A DNA stretch of 32,000 nucleotides from Gammaproteobacteria bacterium (GTDB taxonomy: Bacteria; Pseudomonadota; Gammaproteobacteria; S012-40). Location: positions 53,313 through 85,312 of the forward strand of contig JAOUMY010000004.1 of assembly GCA_029881255.1 (NCBI GenBank), read 5' to 3'. The position numbers and the translations under genes are program-made. This document shows positions 9,698 to 17,528 of this stretch, piece by piece. The notes beneath the pieces were generated by a model. It was not told the origin of the DNA and did not search any database. It saw nothing but the letters and a program-made list of their open reading frames with translations. Every line of letters begins with the position of its first letter. Within the stretch, counting starts at the first letter, position 1.

Positions 9698-11245
9698 ATG
9701 TACAGCGGAACCCTCATTCAATTGGTGAGATTGAGTCTGTTATCAGTGTTGATGACAGCGCCTGTATATGCATGGGATAGGTTAGAACAATTACCAATAC
9801 CGTCTGCAAGGGAGTTGCTCGATGATGAGAAACCCCTTTTTAATCAATCGATAAAGCTTATGGTTGAGGGCAAAAACTCCGATGCGATACGTGCACTACA
9901 ACCGATGGCTGAGGGCGGCGTCGTTGATGCCCAGGTCGCCCTTGGAAATATTTTGGCCCATGAGTCAACTCAGCAACAGCAAAAGAGTGGTTATCGTTAT
10001 CTCTACTTCGCAGCCAATAATGGAAATTGGCATGCGCAGCTGGTGGTATCCAATGCTTTTCGTGAAGGAATTTTTACGCCGGTAGACTATGGCAAGGCGC
10101 GTCATTGGCTTAAACGGGCAGCAGTAAACGGCGATGCCGCCATAGTGTCTCAGGAAACTGAGGCCTTGAATCACACCATGATGCTGGAGTCGGTGTCGCA
10201 GCTAGAGCAGGCACAATACGATGAGGCAGAAAAACTCTTACGCGAACTGGCAGAAGAAAACGTCGTCTCCGCACAGGAAAAGTTGGCGGGTATTTATCAG
10301 AACGGCTTTCTGGGCGAGGACAAAAAAGATGTTGCGCAGAATTGGTGGCATAGAGCCGCGCAACTTGGCTCTCAGGAAGCACAATACCAATTGGCCATGT
10401 CGTATTTTTCCAGTCCTGCCATTAGTGACGAACAACGTCAAAACGCTATTCGTATGCTGGAAAAGGCCGCACAACCGGGTAAGGCTGAGGCGCAATATCA
10501 ACTCGGCATTATCTATCTGACCGGTCAAGGTACAGACAAAGATGCGGATAAGGGTATTTTCTATTACCGCATGGCCGCAGAGCAGGGAAATGTGGATGCG
10601 CAGTACTCCCTTGGTGTTCGTTACGTCCTCGGTGAGGGCGTGAGTAAAAATGAATATGAAGCCCATCGTTGGTTTAAGGCCGCCGCTGATCGCGGTATGT
10701 CGAAGGCGATGCACAATCTCGCCTTAACGTATTTATATGGAATGGGCACTGAACCGGATGCCCAGATGGCAGAACGCTGGTTCCGATCCGCGGCAAGAGA
10801 CGGCGTGGAGAAATCGACGGGATTTATTCAACAAGACACTTCAGTCCAACCAACGCTGGTTCGGGTTGCCGATGCAACACCGAGTGCAACAAAACCTAAG
10901 ACCAGCAAAAAAGCGACGGTTACGAATACTCGGAAAGTTGAAACAGTAAACGGCGCAGACTGGTTTCTCAACCTTCCGACCAAAGGATACACTTTGCAGG
11001 TACTGTCTGCCGCGAATCCCCGTAGTGTCGATGCATTTCTTTCAAAGCACAGGTTAAAGCGAAAAAACTATTTGCACTATATCGATCGATCCAATAAACG
11101 ACCTTTGCATGTTGTTCAATACGGCTATTTTGACAGTCGTGAAGAGGCGGAAAAAGCAGCGAAAGATATGTCGAAGACGCGAAAGAATTTTGAGCCATGG
11201 ATACGTGATGTAAAAAGTATCCGTAATAAAATTGTCAATATATGA
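9698..11245 (+). CDS. Secreted Sel1-repeat protein with C-terminal SPOR-like domain
   Basis: Signal peptide MYSGTLIQLVRLSLLSVLMTAPVYA. Several Sel1 repeats (AQYQLGIIYLTGQGTDKDADKGIFYYRMAAEQGNVDAQYSLGVRYVLGEGVSKNEYEAHRWFKAAADRG). C-terminal GYTLQVLSAANPRSVDAFLSKH...LHVVQYGYFDSREEAEKAAKDM. Confidence 0.88.
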   Translation: MYSGTLIQLVRLSLLSVLMTAPVYAWDRLEQLPIPSARELLDDEKPLFNQSIKLMVEGKNSDAIRALQPMAEGGVVDAQVALGNILAHESTQQQQKSGYRYLYFAANNGNWHAQLVVSNAFREGIFTPVDYGKARHWLKRAAVNGDAAIVSQETEALNHTMMLESVSQLEQAQYDEAEKLLRELAEENVVSAQEKLAGIYQNGFLGEDKKDVAQNWWHRAAQLGSQEAQYQLAMSYFSSPAISDEQRQNAIRMLEKAAQPGKAEAQYQLGIIYLTGQGTDKDADKGIFYYRMAAEQGNVDAQYSLGVRYVLGEGVSKNEYEAHRWFKAAADRGMSKAMHNLALTYLYGMGTEPDAQMAERWFRSAARDGVEKSTGFIQQDTSVQPTLVRVADATPSATKPKTSKKATVTNTRKVETVNGADWFLNLPTKGYTLQVLSAANPRSVDAFLSKHRLKRKNYLHYIDRSNKRPLHVVQYGYFDSREEAEKAAKDMSKTRKNFEPWIRDVKSIRNKIVNI

Positions 11246-12081
11246 GAGCACGGCAGGGCGGATTTATTTCATGGGACACCGTATTCGGCATACTTGCCGG
11301 ATTCGGTTTGTTCGTTTTTGCGGTATGGACATCGACAGACAATGCGTTGGTGTTTTGGAGTGTAGCGAGTTTGTCTATGGTTATCGGCGGTACATTTGCA
11401 GCTACGCTGATTTCATATCAATCCGCCTATGTCATGAAGACGATTAAGGCATTGTTTGGCATTCTAATTCCCACGCGTGTTAGTGCTGGATCTTTATTTG
11501 CCGATGTGGGACGGCTGCTTGAATGGAGTCGTGACGTACGGGAAAAAGGTCCGGCAATATTAGACGATCAGTTGGAAAATGCCGCCGCGAATAAGCTGGA
11601 TAAATTTACGGTGCACGGACTCAACATGCTTTCCAGCGGCTATAAGGGCGAGGAACTGCGGGAGTTGTTAATGGAACTGACAGAGACGATGTTTGATCGT
11701 TCTCAAGTGCAGGTGGGTGTTCTGAAAACGATGGCGCAGTTTGCGCCAGCATTCGGCATGATAGGCACCTTGGTCGGTCTGGTCATCATGCTGGATAACT
11801 TGAAGGCAGATGTAAGCCAGTTGGGGCAAGGACTTGCCTTAGCATTGATAACAACACTCTACGGTGTAATTGCCGCGAATCTCGTGTTTAAGCCAGCGGC
11901 ACTGAAAACGGATCAAAAAAACAATGTTATGCGCTTTCGAAACACGTTGTTATCTGAAGGGTTTGTGATGCTGAGTGAAAAAGTGGATCCACTCAAAATG
12001 CAGGACAAGTTGAACAGCTTTCTAGATCCCGCAGTTCACTTTGACTTGCTTGCAACAAACGAAAAGGGCAAGAAAAGGTAA
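11242..12081 (+). CDS. MotA/PomA-like proton/sodium channel subunit
   Basis: Four predicted TMs; FILGFGLFVF-type TM1 (TVFGILAGFGLFVFAVW), GGTFAATLISY, cytoplasmic SRDVREKGPAILDDQLENA, APAFGMIGTLVGLVIMLDNL, LGQGLALALITTLYGVIAANLVFKPAALK. ATG overlaps the preceding stop (ATGA). Confidence 0.93.
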   Translation: MRARQGGFISWDTVFGILAGFGLFVFAVWTSTDNALVFWSVASLSMVIGGTFAATLISYQSAYVMKTIKALFGILIPTRVSAGSLFADVGRLLEWSRDVREKGPAILDDQLENAAANKLDKFTVHGLNMLSSGYKGEELRELLMELTETMFDRSQVQVGVLKTMAQFAPAFGMIGTLVGLVIMLDNLKADVSQLGQGLALALITTLYGVIAANLVFKPAALKTDQKNNVMRFRNTLLSEGFVMLSEKVDPLKMQDKLNSFLDPAVHFDLLATNEKGKKR

Positions 12082-12087
12082 AACGCC

Positions 12088-12768
12088 ATGGCTACCAGAT
12101 ACCGAAAACGGTCTGCGGTGTCGGACGAAGATAGCGAAGACTGGTTGCTGACATACTCGGATGCGGTGACATTGTTGATGACGTTTTTAGTTTTGATGTT
12201 GTCCGTATCGACTATCGATCAGGCGAAATATGAGCAGGTTGTAGAGTCGATTAAAGAGAAAGGCCTGGATCAGGACAAGCAGTATGTATCGCCGTTCGAG
12301 ACGCTACAGGAAAAATTGAATGATGTTGCCAAAGAACATGATATGGAAAAAAACATGACCGTGACGCGCCAACCAAAAGGGCTGACGATAGAGTTGGCAT
12401 CGTCCAGTTTGTATACCGTGGGTTCTGCAGACATACAGGATGCGGCACTGGCGGCCTTGAGTGATGTGGCGTCGTCGATAAAAGGTTTTGACTATGACAA
12501 TTACCAGGTGGAGATTGAGGGGCATACGGACAATGTGGCAATCAATACCGAGCGCTATCCCTCGAATTGGGAGTTGTCTGTGCACCGGGCAACGAACGTC
12601 GTGCGCCATTTTCTGCAGAGTGGCATCGATAACGATCGTATCAAGGTCGCAGGTTATGCCGATACGCGTCCAAAAGTACCGAACCAGGACGTAGCTGGAA
12701 ATGCAATCCCTGGTAATCAGGCTATCAACCGACGCGTGGTGATTCACGTGGTGAGAAAAGAGGATTAG
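12088..12768 (+). CDS. MotB-like stator subunit with OmpA-type peptidoglycan-binding domain
   Basis: WLLTYSDAVTLLMTFLVLMLSVS with ion-binding-type Asp25 (codon 12160-12162). OmpA-C motif VEIEGHTDNVAINTERYPSNWELSVHRATNVVRHFL...NRRVVIHV. Confidence 0.94.
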   Translation: MATRYRKRSAVSDEDSEDWLLTYSDAVTLLMTFLVLMLSVSTIDQAKYEQVVESIKEKGLDQDKQYVSPFETLQEKLNDVAKEHDMEKNMTVTRQPKGLTIELASSSLYTVGSADIQDAALAALSDVASSIKGFDYDNYQVEIEGHTDNVAINTERYPSNWELSVHRATNVVRHFLQSGIDNDRIKVAGYADTRPKVPNQDVAGNAIPGNQAINRRVVIHVVRKED

Positions 12769-12777
12769 GGGCAGGTA

Positions 12778-13902
12778 ATGGAAATGACTTCACTTGTCAG
12801 AAATGGTAGCAAACGGAAGGCGCTGTTCTTGCTCATGTCTTTTTTCGTGATTTCACCAGACGCAGTGATGGCTGCTGATCCGTCAGCTACACCACAAGTC
12901 GAACGCTTCAAGTTGAGTTATCGCGATGCAGAGATGATTCAGTATATAGATGCTCAGGAAAAATTCGTTAAGTTGCTTGATTCGCCGGGTGTGTTAACAG
13001 AGGAAGTATTAAAGGATATAGATTTTGAAGTAAGAAATATTGCCTTTTATCGCTTCAACGACAGACAGTACAAAAAGTTTCCACGCATATTCTACGACTC
13101 GATTGAACAAAGACTAATGGACCGTTTTATTCGGGCCAAACGTTTCGCAGTACATGAATGTTTTGAATGTAAAACGACACGCGTACTGTTAAAGGAAAAG
13201 CAGTTTTCCGTTTTGCGCCAACTTGATTCGAACGAGGCACTCAACGAAGTGGGGAAGAAAATTGGCGTCGACAGCTTTGTTTTGTGGGAAGCCTATATGT
13301 ATAAGGGTGACCCTATGCTTAATATACGCGTCGTCTCGGCAGCAGATGGTCAGGTCCGATGGTCGAAACAATACCTGAGTGAACCTGCCTATGAATTTGA
13401 GTGGGAGATGTATAGCTCACTGTGGGGAATAAAGGCGATAAGGGCAAGAACTTCGGGTAGTGGTTCGGATATCAGCGTATCGCCCATTCTCGACATAGGT
13501 CTCAGAACCCTGTCGCGCTCAACTATTTCGGACAAAATTTATTATGGCTACGGCGTCGAAGCCTTCTTCAATACGATGTATCGCACCCAGGTGGATCTTT
13601 ACGGCTTGAGTCTGAATGCCCGTGTGGGCGTCGAAATGGATAGTATGCTTGGGCTGGAAATGAAGAACTATGGCAATTGGCTGATGTATCTTTCCGTTGG
13701 TCAGGCGTTCTTGAAAAACAATCCTGTGTTATTGATTCGGGGTGGTCTGGAGATACGTATAAACAGGCGTAATTTTATTGAGATTGGTGGCGTGTTCATT
13801 CCTACGACGACATTTAGCAACGGATCAGCTTTGGCAAATTACAGTGATGTGTCTTCGCTTAGTAACCTTGGTTACGACGTCACTATCGGTTTTCGTTTTT
13901 AG
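12778..13902 (+). CDS. Predicted exported protein: N-terminal periplasmic domain plus C-terminal outer-membrane beta-barrel-like region, function unknown
   Basis: Hydrophobic signal ALFLLMSFFVISPDAVMAAD. Domain with LNEVGKKIGVDSFVLWEAY...LNIRVVSAADGQVRWSKQYL. C-terminal alternating strands ending in Phe (NLGYDVTIGFRF). Confidence 0.6.
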   Translation: MEMTSLVRNGSKRKALFLLMSFFVISPDAVMAADPSATPQVERFKLSYRDAEMIQYIDAQEKFVKLLDSPGVLTEEVLKDIDFEVRNIAFYRFNDRQYKKFPRIFYDSIEQRLMDRFIRAKRFAVHECFECKTTRVLLKEKQFSVLRQLDSNEALNEVGKKIGVDSFVLWEAYMYKGDPMLNIRVVSAADGQVRWSKQYLSEPAYEFEWEMYSSLWGIKAIRARTSGSGSDISVSPILDIGLRTLSRSTISDKIYYGYGVEAFFNTMYRTQVDLYGLSLNARVGVEMDSMLGLEMKNYGNWLMYLSVGQAFLKNNPVLLIRGGLEIRINRRNFIEIGGVFIPTTTFSNGSALANYSDVSSLSNLGYDVTIGFRF

Positions 13903-13912
13903 GTGAATTGAC

Positions 13913-14602
13913 ATGGGTAAATATTCTGGTCGATTGAAATTAGTTTACATCTCACTGGTGGTAGTGGCGATCTCCGCTTGTATGCCGCGTATTCCTACCA
14001 ATCAGACTCAGACTCGCGACGTAGCTCTGGAAGACGTGCAGAACGAAATGCAGCAAAAAGGGCAACGAGTCAAGATGATTAATGAGCCCGGGATGATTCA
14101 TATTCAACGCCAGACAGAAGAGTATTCGATCAGCATGGTCCTCGATGCCAGTGACGAAAATATCTATTTCGTGATGGATTTGCCGCAGGAAGAGGAAAAG
14201 ATTCAGGAACCCGTACCGGTTGAAGAGCCACCGCTTCCAGAACCGGAGCAAGTTATCCCTGAGCCACCGCCAGAGGAAGAGAACGCAGTCGAAGAAGAAA
14301 AGCCTGCGCCGGTAGAAGAGGCTGCAACCGTAGAGCCGGAAGTCGACGATACTCGCGCGAGCAAATACATTTTGTATGCGCAAACCTATTTTCTGGAAAA
14401 GAAATATGCACGCGCATTAGAAGAGGTTAACCGTGCCGTAGGCTACTCGCCAGGATCTGCGGTAGCGCATTCATTGCGCGGTTCTATATTTTACAAGCTG
14501 GGCGAAAAAGAACAGGCTCGCAACGCTTGGACACGGGCATTGGAACTCGATGAAAGTCTCGACAATGTTAAGAAAATGTTAGGTCAGTTGGATCAAAAAT
14601 AG
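13913..14602 (+). CDS. TPR lipoprotein with Pro/Glu-rich linker
   Basis: Lipobox VVVAISAC; Pro/Glu-rich EPVPVEEPPLPEPEQVIPEPPPEEENAVEEEKPAPVEE; TPR-like ASKYILYAQTYFLEKKYARALEEVNRAVGYSPGSAVAHSLRGSIFYKLGEKEQARNAWTRALELD. Confidence 0.82.
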   Translation: MGKYSGRLKLVYISLVVVAISACMPRIPTNQTQTRDVALEDVQNEMQQKGQRVKMINEPGMIHIQRQTEEYSISMVLDASDENIYFVMDLPQEEEKIQEPVPVEEPPLPEPEQVIPEPPPEEENAVEEEKPAPVEEAATVEPEVDDTRASKYILYAQTYFLEKKYARALEEVNRAVGYSPGSAVAHSLRGSIFYKLGEKEQARNAWTRALELDESLDNVKKMLGQLDQK

Positions 14603-14626
14603 TTGCTTGTACCGGGAATCTGCATA

Positions 14627-16735
14627 ATGTTTGAATCGGGTCATAAACGCAAATTGATAATCAGAGCACTAGCGCTGGTGTTGTGCTATCTCATTGCGTT
14701 CCCGGTCGGCCTTGCAGAGGAGATCGAGCGACGTAGTAAGGTCAGTGATCTGGCACGCAGTACATTCGAGAAGGATCTGGAGCAGCGACTTTCCCGCGAT
14801 ATCAAAGCCTATCTCAATCACGAATTCTTTATCGTACAAATAAATGCGCAACTGGAAAATATCGAGAAGTGGGATATCAGCGAAGTTGTGGTGCCGGTTG
14901 AGCCGCCTCCTCAAGCTCCACCACAGGCTGCACCTCAAGCTCCACCACCGGTACCCGCGATAGATGAAAAGAAGAAAACGATATTATCGCAGATGGAGCT
15001 CGATACCAAAGACGGAATCAATAGTAGTATTCTGGAAAAAAGTATCGGTGTTGATACGGCTTTGCCCGGTGTACCTTTGTCCGATGAATTTATCGAGGAA
15101 GAACGAAAACGTTTGGTTGAGTTGGAGCAACTCAAACAGGAACTGAAGCAAAAACTGGAAGAGCCGCCGAAAGCGGAACCACCAGCGCCACCTCCACCAG
15201 TGCCTCAGGTGCAAACAAAAAAGGAAAAGGTAGAAAAACTACTCAGTAAACAGGAAGCGATCCGTAAACTGAATGCAAAGGTGATGCTGGATGAACACGT
15301 CTCTCCGGAGCAGGAAGTGTTTATTCGCAATCTGGTGATAGAGAAGGCCGATCTCTCTTTTTTGCGTGGAGACGAACTACGTATTTTGCGTTCCAAGTTT
15401 CCTGCGGCATCAGTACTGGATGAGCCAGTAGAAGAAGAGCCCAAGCCAGAAGAAGTACCGGAGGAGGCGGCTGAAACTCCGGCGGAAGAACCTCCCACAT
15501 GGTGGGAGGAAAATTGGCAATACGTGCTCGCGGCCGGTGCCATTCTAGCGCTGCTATTGCTGTGGCTTTTTGTCAGACGTAGAGAAAAGGCGCCTGTGAA
15601 TACCGAACCCATGGTGGTGGAGTCTGAGGCCTCGCGCAAGCTTGAAGAATTAATCCGAAAAATGCACGAGAAAGTCGATACGGTAAACGAAAACCGTCTT
15701 GGGGCGATTAAGGAAGAAATTGTTAGTCTCGCCGTAACAGATCAGGAAATGGTCAGCGAGCAAATCAAGGAATGGCTTGGTAGTGCCTCTGAGGATGACA
15801 AAAACAAGTCTGGCTTACTTTATCAAATGTTGGGTGAAGGCTTATATCGCGGCTTGGCGCATCCCGTGTTGACACCGGAAAAGCAAATTGCCGTCGTCGG
15901 TAAGATACTCGAAATCGAAGAGATGATGTCTCCCGATGAGAAACTGGCACTGGCGGAAAATGTGTTTCAGGCCATGATGCAACGCCGCTATCAGCAACAA
16001 CACGATTTGCGCGACGAGAATAAACCGTTCGCCTTTCTTGAAAAACTCAATGACGATCAGATTCTATATCTGTTGAAAGAAGAGCCGCTCAAAGTCAAGG
16101 CTTTGGTAATGTCGCAGTTGTCCTCTAATCGAGGTGCGTCCTTACTGAAACGTTTCAACATTGCCAGTCGTAGTAAGATCGCGATGGAGATCAGCCAGTT
16201 CGCCAAGCTACCGGTATCCGCGTTTCGGGATATCGCTAACAGGCTCGCAAAAAAGGCGGTTCACGTTCCGAGTTACGAAAATCTGGAAGTCGAGGGCATC
16301 GATTTGCTGACAGATATGTTGGACCATATGAATTCTGCGGAAGAAACGGCCCTGCTCAAATCCCTGCAGCGAGAAAATCCAGATCTCTACTATGCAATAC
16401 GCCAGGTATATGTCAGCTTCGACGATATCGTACAGATACCTACGCTTGGACTTAAAAATGTTATTCGCGAACTTGATCGTGAAGTGCTTGCCTTGGCCTT
16501 GTATGACGCAGACGAAAGCTACCGTGGCGTAATCTTCGGCACTATGCTGGAAAGGCCTCGGGCAATGCTGCAGTCGTCAATTAAGGCTTTGGGCGTACCG
16601 GAGCCAGATGCGGTGAACGATGCGAAACGCAAAGTGTCACGACAGGCTCGGGCGATGTTAAAGGCGGGTGTATTTGAGATGCCGAGTGGAAAGCCCAATA
16701 AAAAGACGACGCCAAACGAGAAGAAAAGCGCCTAA
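14627..16735 (+). CDS. Membrane-anchored FliF(C-terminal)-FliG-like fusion protein
   Basis: ATG at 14627 (the track uses TTG 14603). Residue numbers from the track start: signal/TM1 LIIRALALVLCYLIAFPVGLA; RBM3-like FEKDLEQRLSRDIKAYLNHEFFIVQINAQLE (aa 55-85) and AIRKLNAKVMLDEHVSPEQEVFIRNLVIEKADLSFLRGDELRILRSKFP (aa 219-267); TM2 WWEENWQYVLAAGAILALLLLWLFVRRR (aa 300-327); FliF-tail-like KEEIVSLAVTDQEMVSEQIKEWLG; FliG-like FAFLEKLNDDQILYLLKEEPLKVKALVMSQLSSNRGASLLKRF and LLTDMLDHMNSAEETALLKSLQRENPDLYYAIRQVYVSFDDIVQIPTLGLKNVIRELDREVLALALYDADESYRGVIFGTMLERPRAML. Confidence 0.85.
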   Translation: MFESGHKRKLIIRALALVLCYLIAFPVGLAEEIERRSKVSDLARSTFEKDLEQRLSRDIKAYLNHEFFIVQINAQLENIEKWDISEVVVPVEPPPQAPPQAAPQAPPPVPAIDEKKKTILSQMELDTKDGINSSILEKSIGVDTALPGVPLSDEFIEEERKRLVELEQLKQELKQKLEEPPKAEPPAPPPPVPQVQTKKEKVEKLLSKQEAIRKLNAKVMLDEHVSPEQEVFIRNLVIEKADLSFLRGDELRILRSKFPAASVLDEPVEEEPKPEEVPEEAAETPAEEPPTWWEENWQYVLAAGAILALLLLWLFVRRREKAPVNTEPMVVESEASRKLEELIRKMHEKVDTVNENRLGAIKEEIVSLAVTDQEMVSEQIKEWLGSASEDDKNKSGLLYQMLGEGLYRGLAHPVLTPEKQIAVVGKILEIEEMMSPDEKLALAENVFQAMMQRRYQQQHDLRDENKPFAFLEKLNDDQILYLLKEEPLKVKALVMSQLSSNRGASLLKRFNIASRSKIAMEISQFAKLPVSAFRDIANRLAKKAVHVPSYENLEVEGIDLLTDMLDHMNSAEETALLKSLQRENPDLYYAIRQVYVSFDDIVQIPTLGLKNVIRELDREVLALALYDADESYRGVIFGTMLERPRAMLQSSIKALGVPEPDAVNDAKRKVSRQARAMLKAGVFEMPSGKPNKKTTPNEKKSA
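14909..14947 (+). repeat. Short in-frame direct repeat CCTCAAGCTCCACCA, 24-nt period, encoding Pro/Ala/Gln-rich linker
   Basis: CCTCAAGCTCCACCA at 14909-14923 and again at 14933-14947. Confidence 0.85.
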
Positions 16736-16790
16736 CAGGCAAAGCCATCGGGTGCATTCCAATCTTTTAATCGAAACGCATTAATCCCTT

Positions 16791-17357
16791 TCAGGCAATA
16801 TATCGCCGCGACACTTCAGGCCAGTCATATTCGCGTAACTCTTTTTCCAAAGCCTGCGCCTGGTGGCGTTCGCGCAAACTACGCATTAAACAGGTGCGTG
16901 ATTGAAACATCATCATGGCTTCCAGCGGATTAAATTTCATTCCCTCTATAAATAGCAACATGATAGCATCGTGTATGCCAGGAAATTGTTCGAATCGTTT
17001 CAAGGTCTCTTCATGGACTTCATCCCACTCCTCATTTGAGTCGTGACACCAACCGAGTGTATGAAAGATCGGTGGAAGTAGCAGCAGTAGGTTCGGGAAT
17101 CGAATTTCCGCAGGCATAAAAACCACACGACGGATAGAGAAGGAAATGGCATAACTCAGTGGGAGATACAATTGAGCATTGTCTTCTAACAGAGTAAGAG
17201 TGTTCGCCTGCAACAGGTCTTCAACCAGGTCAGCCAGATCTTCCGCACTTTGGGCATGTGAAAGCGCTACGAAGGTTTGATTGACAAAGGCGAGGGGGTT
17301 TTGTGTGTATTCGTATCGTGGCTTTGTATCAAGAGTGTTTTCATCAACGGTAATCAT
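16791..17357 (-). CDS. Conserved-looking hypothetical protein, 188 aa
   Basis: ORF with normal composition, convergent to the motor operon; no family recognised. Confidence 0.6.
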   Translation of the reverse strand: MITVDENTLDTKPRYEYTQNPLAFVNQTFVALSHAQSAEDLADLVEDLLQANTLTLLEDNAQLYLPLSYAISFSIRRVVFMPAEIRFPNLLLLLPPIFHTLGWCHDSNEEWDEVHEETLKRFEQFPGIHDAIMLLFIEGMKFNPLEAMMMFQSRTCLMRSLRERHQAQALEKELREYDWPEVSRRYIA

Positions 17358-17528
17358 GACATCCTCGCAAAGTTTGCAGCTACGTTAGTAGTGTAATAGC
17401 AGCACTTATGCCATTTCTGAGGATGGTGATATGTCTAGTGATTACAATGGGATAAAGAATGTAAGCAGCACCTCGCCAGCGAGAGAGGAGGAGGGAGAAG
17501 GCAAGGTGCTGCCGCTTGCTAGGTGAAA

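Noticed and set aside
9965-10714. Minus-strand ORFs inside the Sel1/SPOR gene
   Set aside because: Antisense to a clear repeat protein; no recognisable domains of their own.
11242-12768. ExbB/ExbD or TolQ/TolR energiser instead of MotA/MotB
   Set aside because: The second subunit has a full OmpA-C peptidoglycan-binding domain, and the first has the MotA-type APAFGMIGTLVGLVIML/TTLYGVIAANLVF arrangement and cytoplasmic loop.
14603-14626. TTG start for the rotor fusion in the ORF track
   Set aside because: ATG at 14627 directly precedes the signal/TM segment; the extra 8 residues have no support.
13952-15639. Minus-strand ORFs of 66-144 aa (13952..14383, 14669..14938, 14935..15135, 14984..15214, 15205..15639)
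   Set aside because: They are antisense shadows of strongly supported coding genes, partly created by proline/glutamate-rich codon composition.
9698-16735. Zorya-type anti-phage system (ZorA/ZorB are MotA/MotB-like)
   Set aside because: No ZorC/ZorD/ZorE-like helicase or nuclease adjoins the stator genes, and the MotA-like protein lacks a long cytoplasmic tail. The FliF-FliG-like partner fits a motor better.
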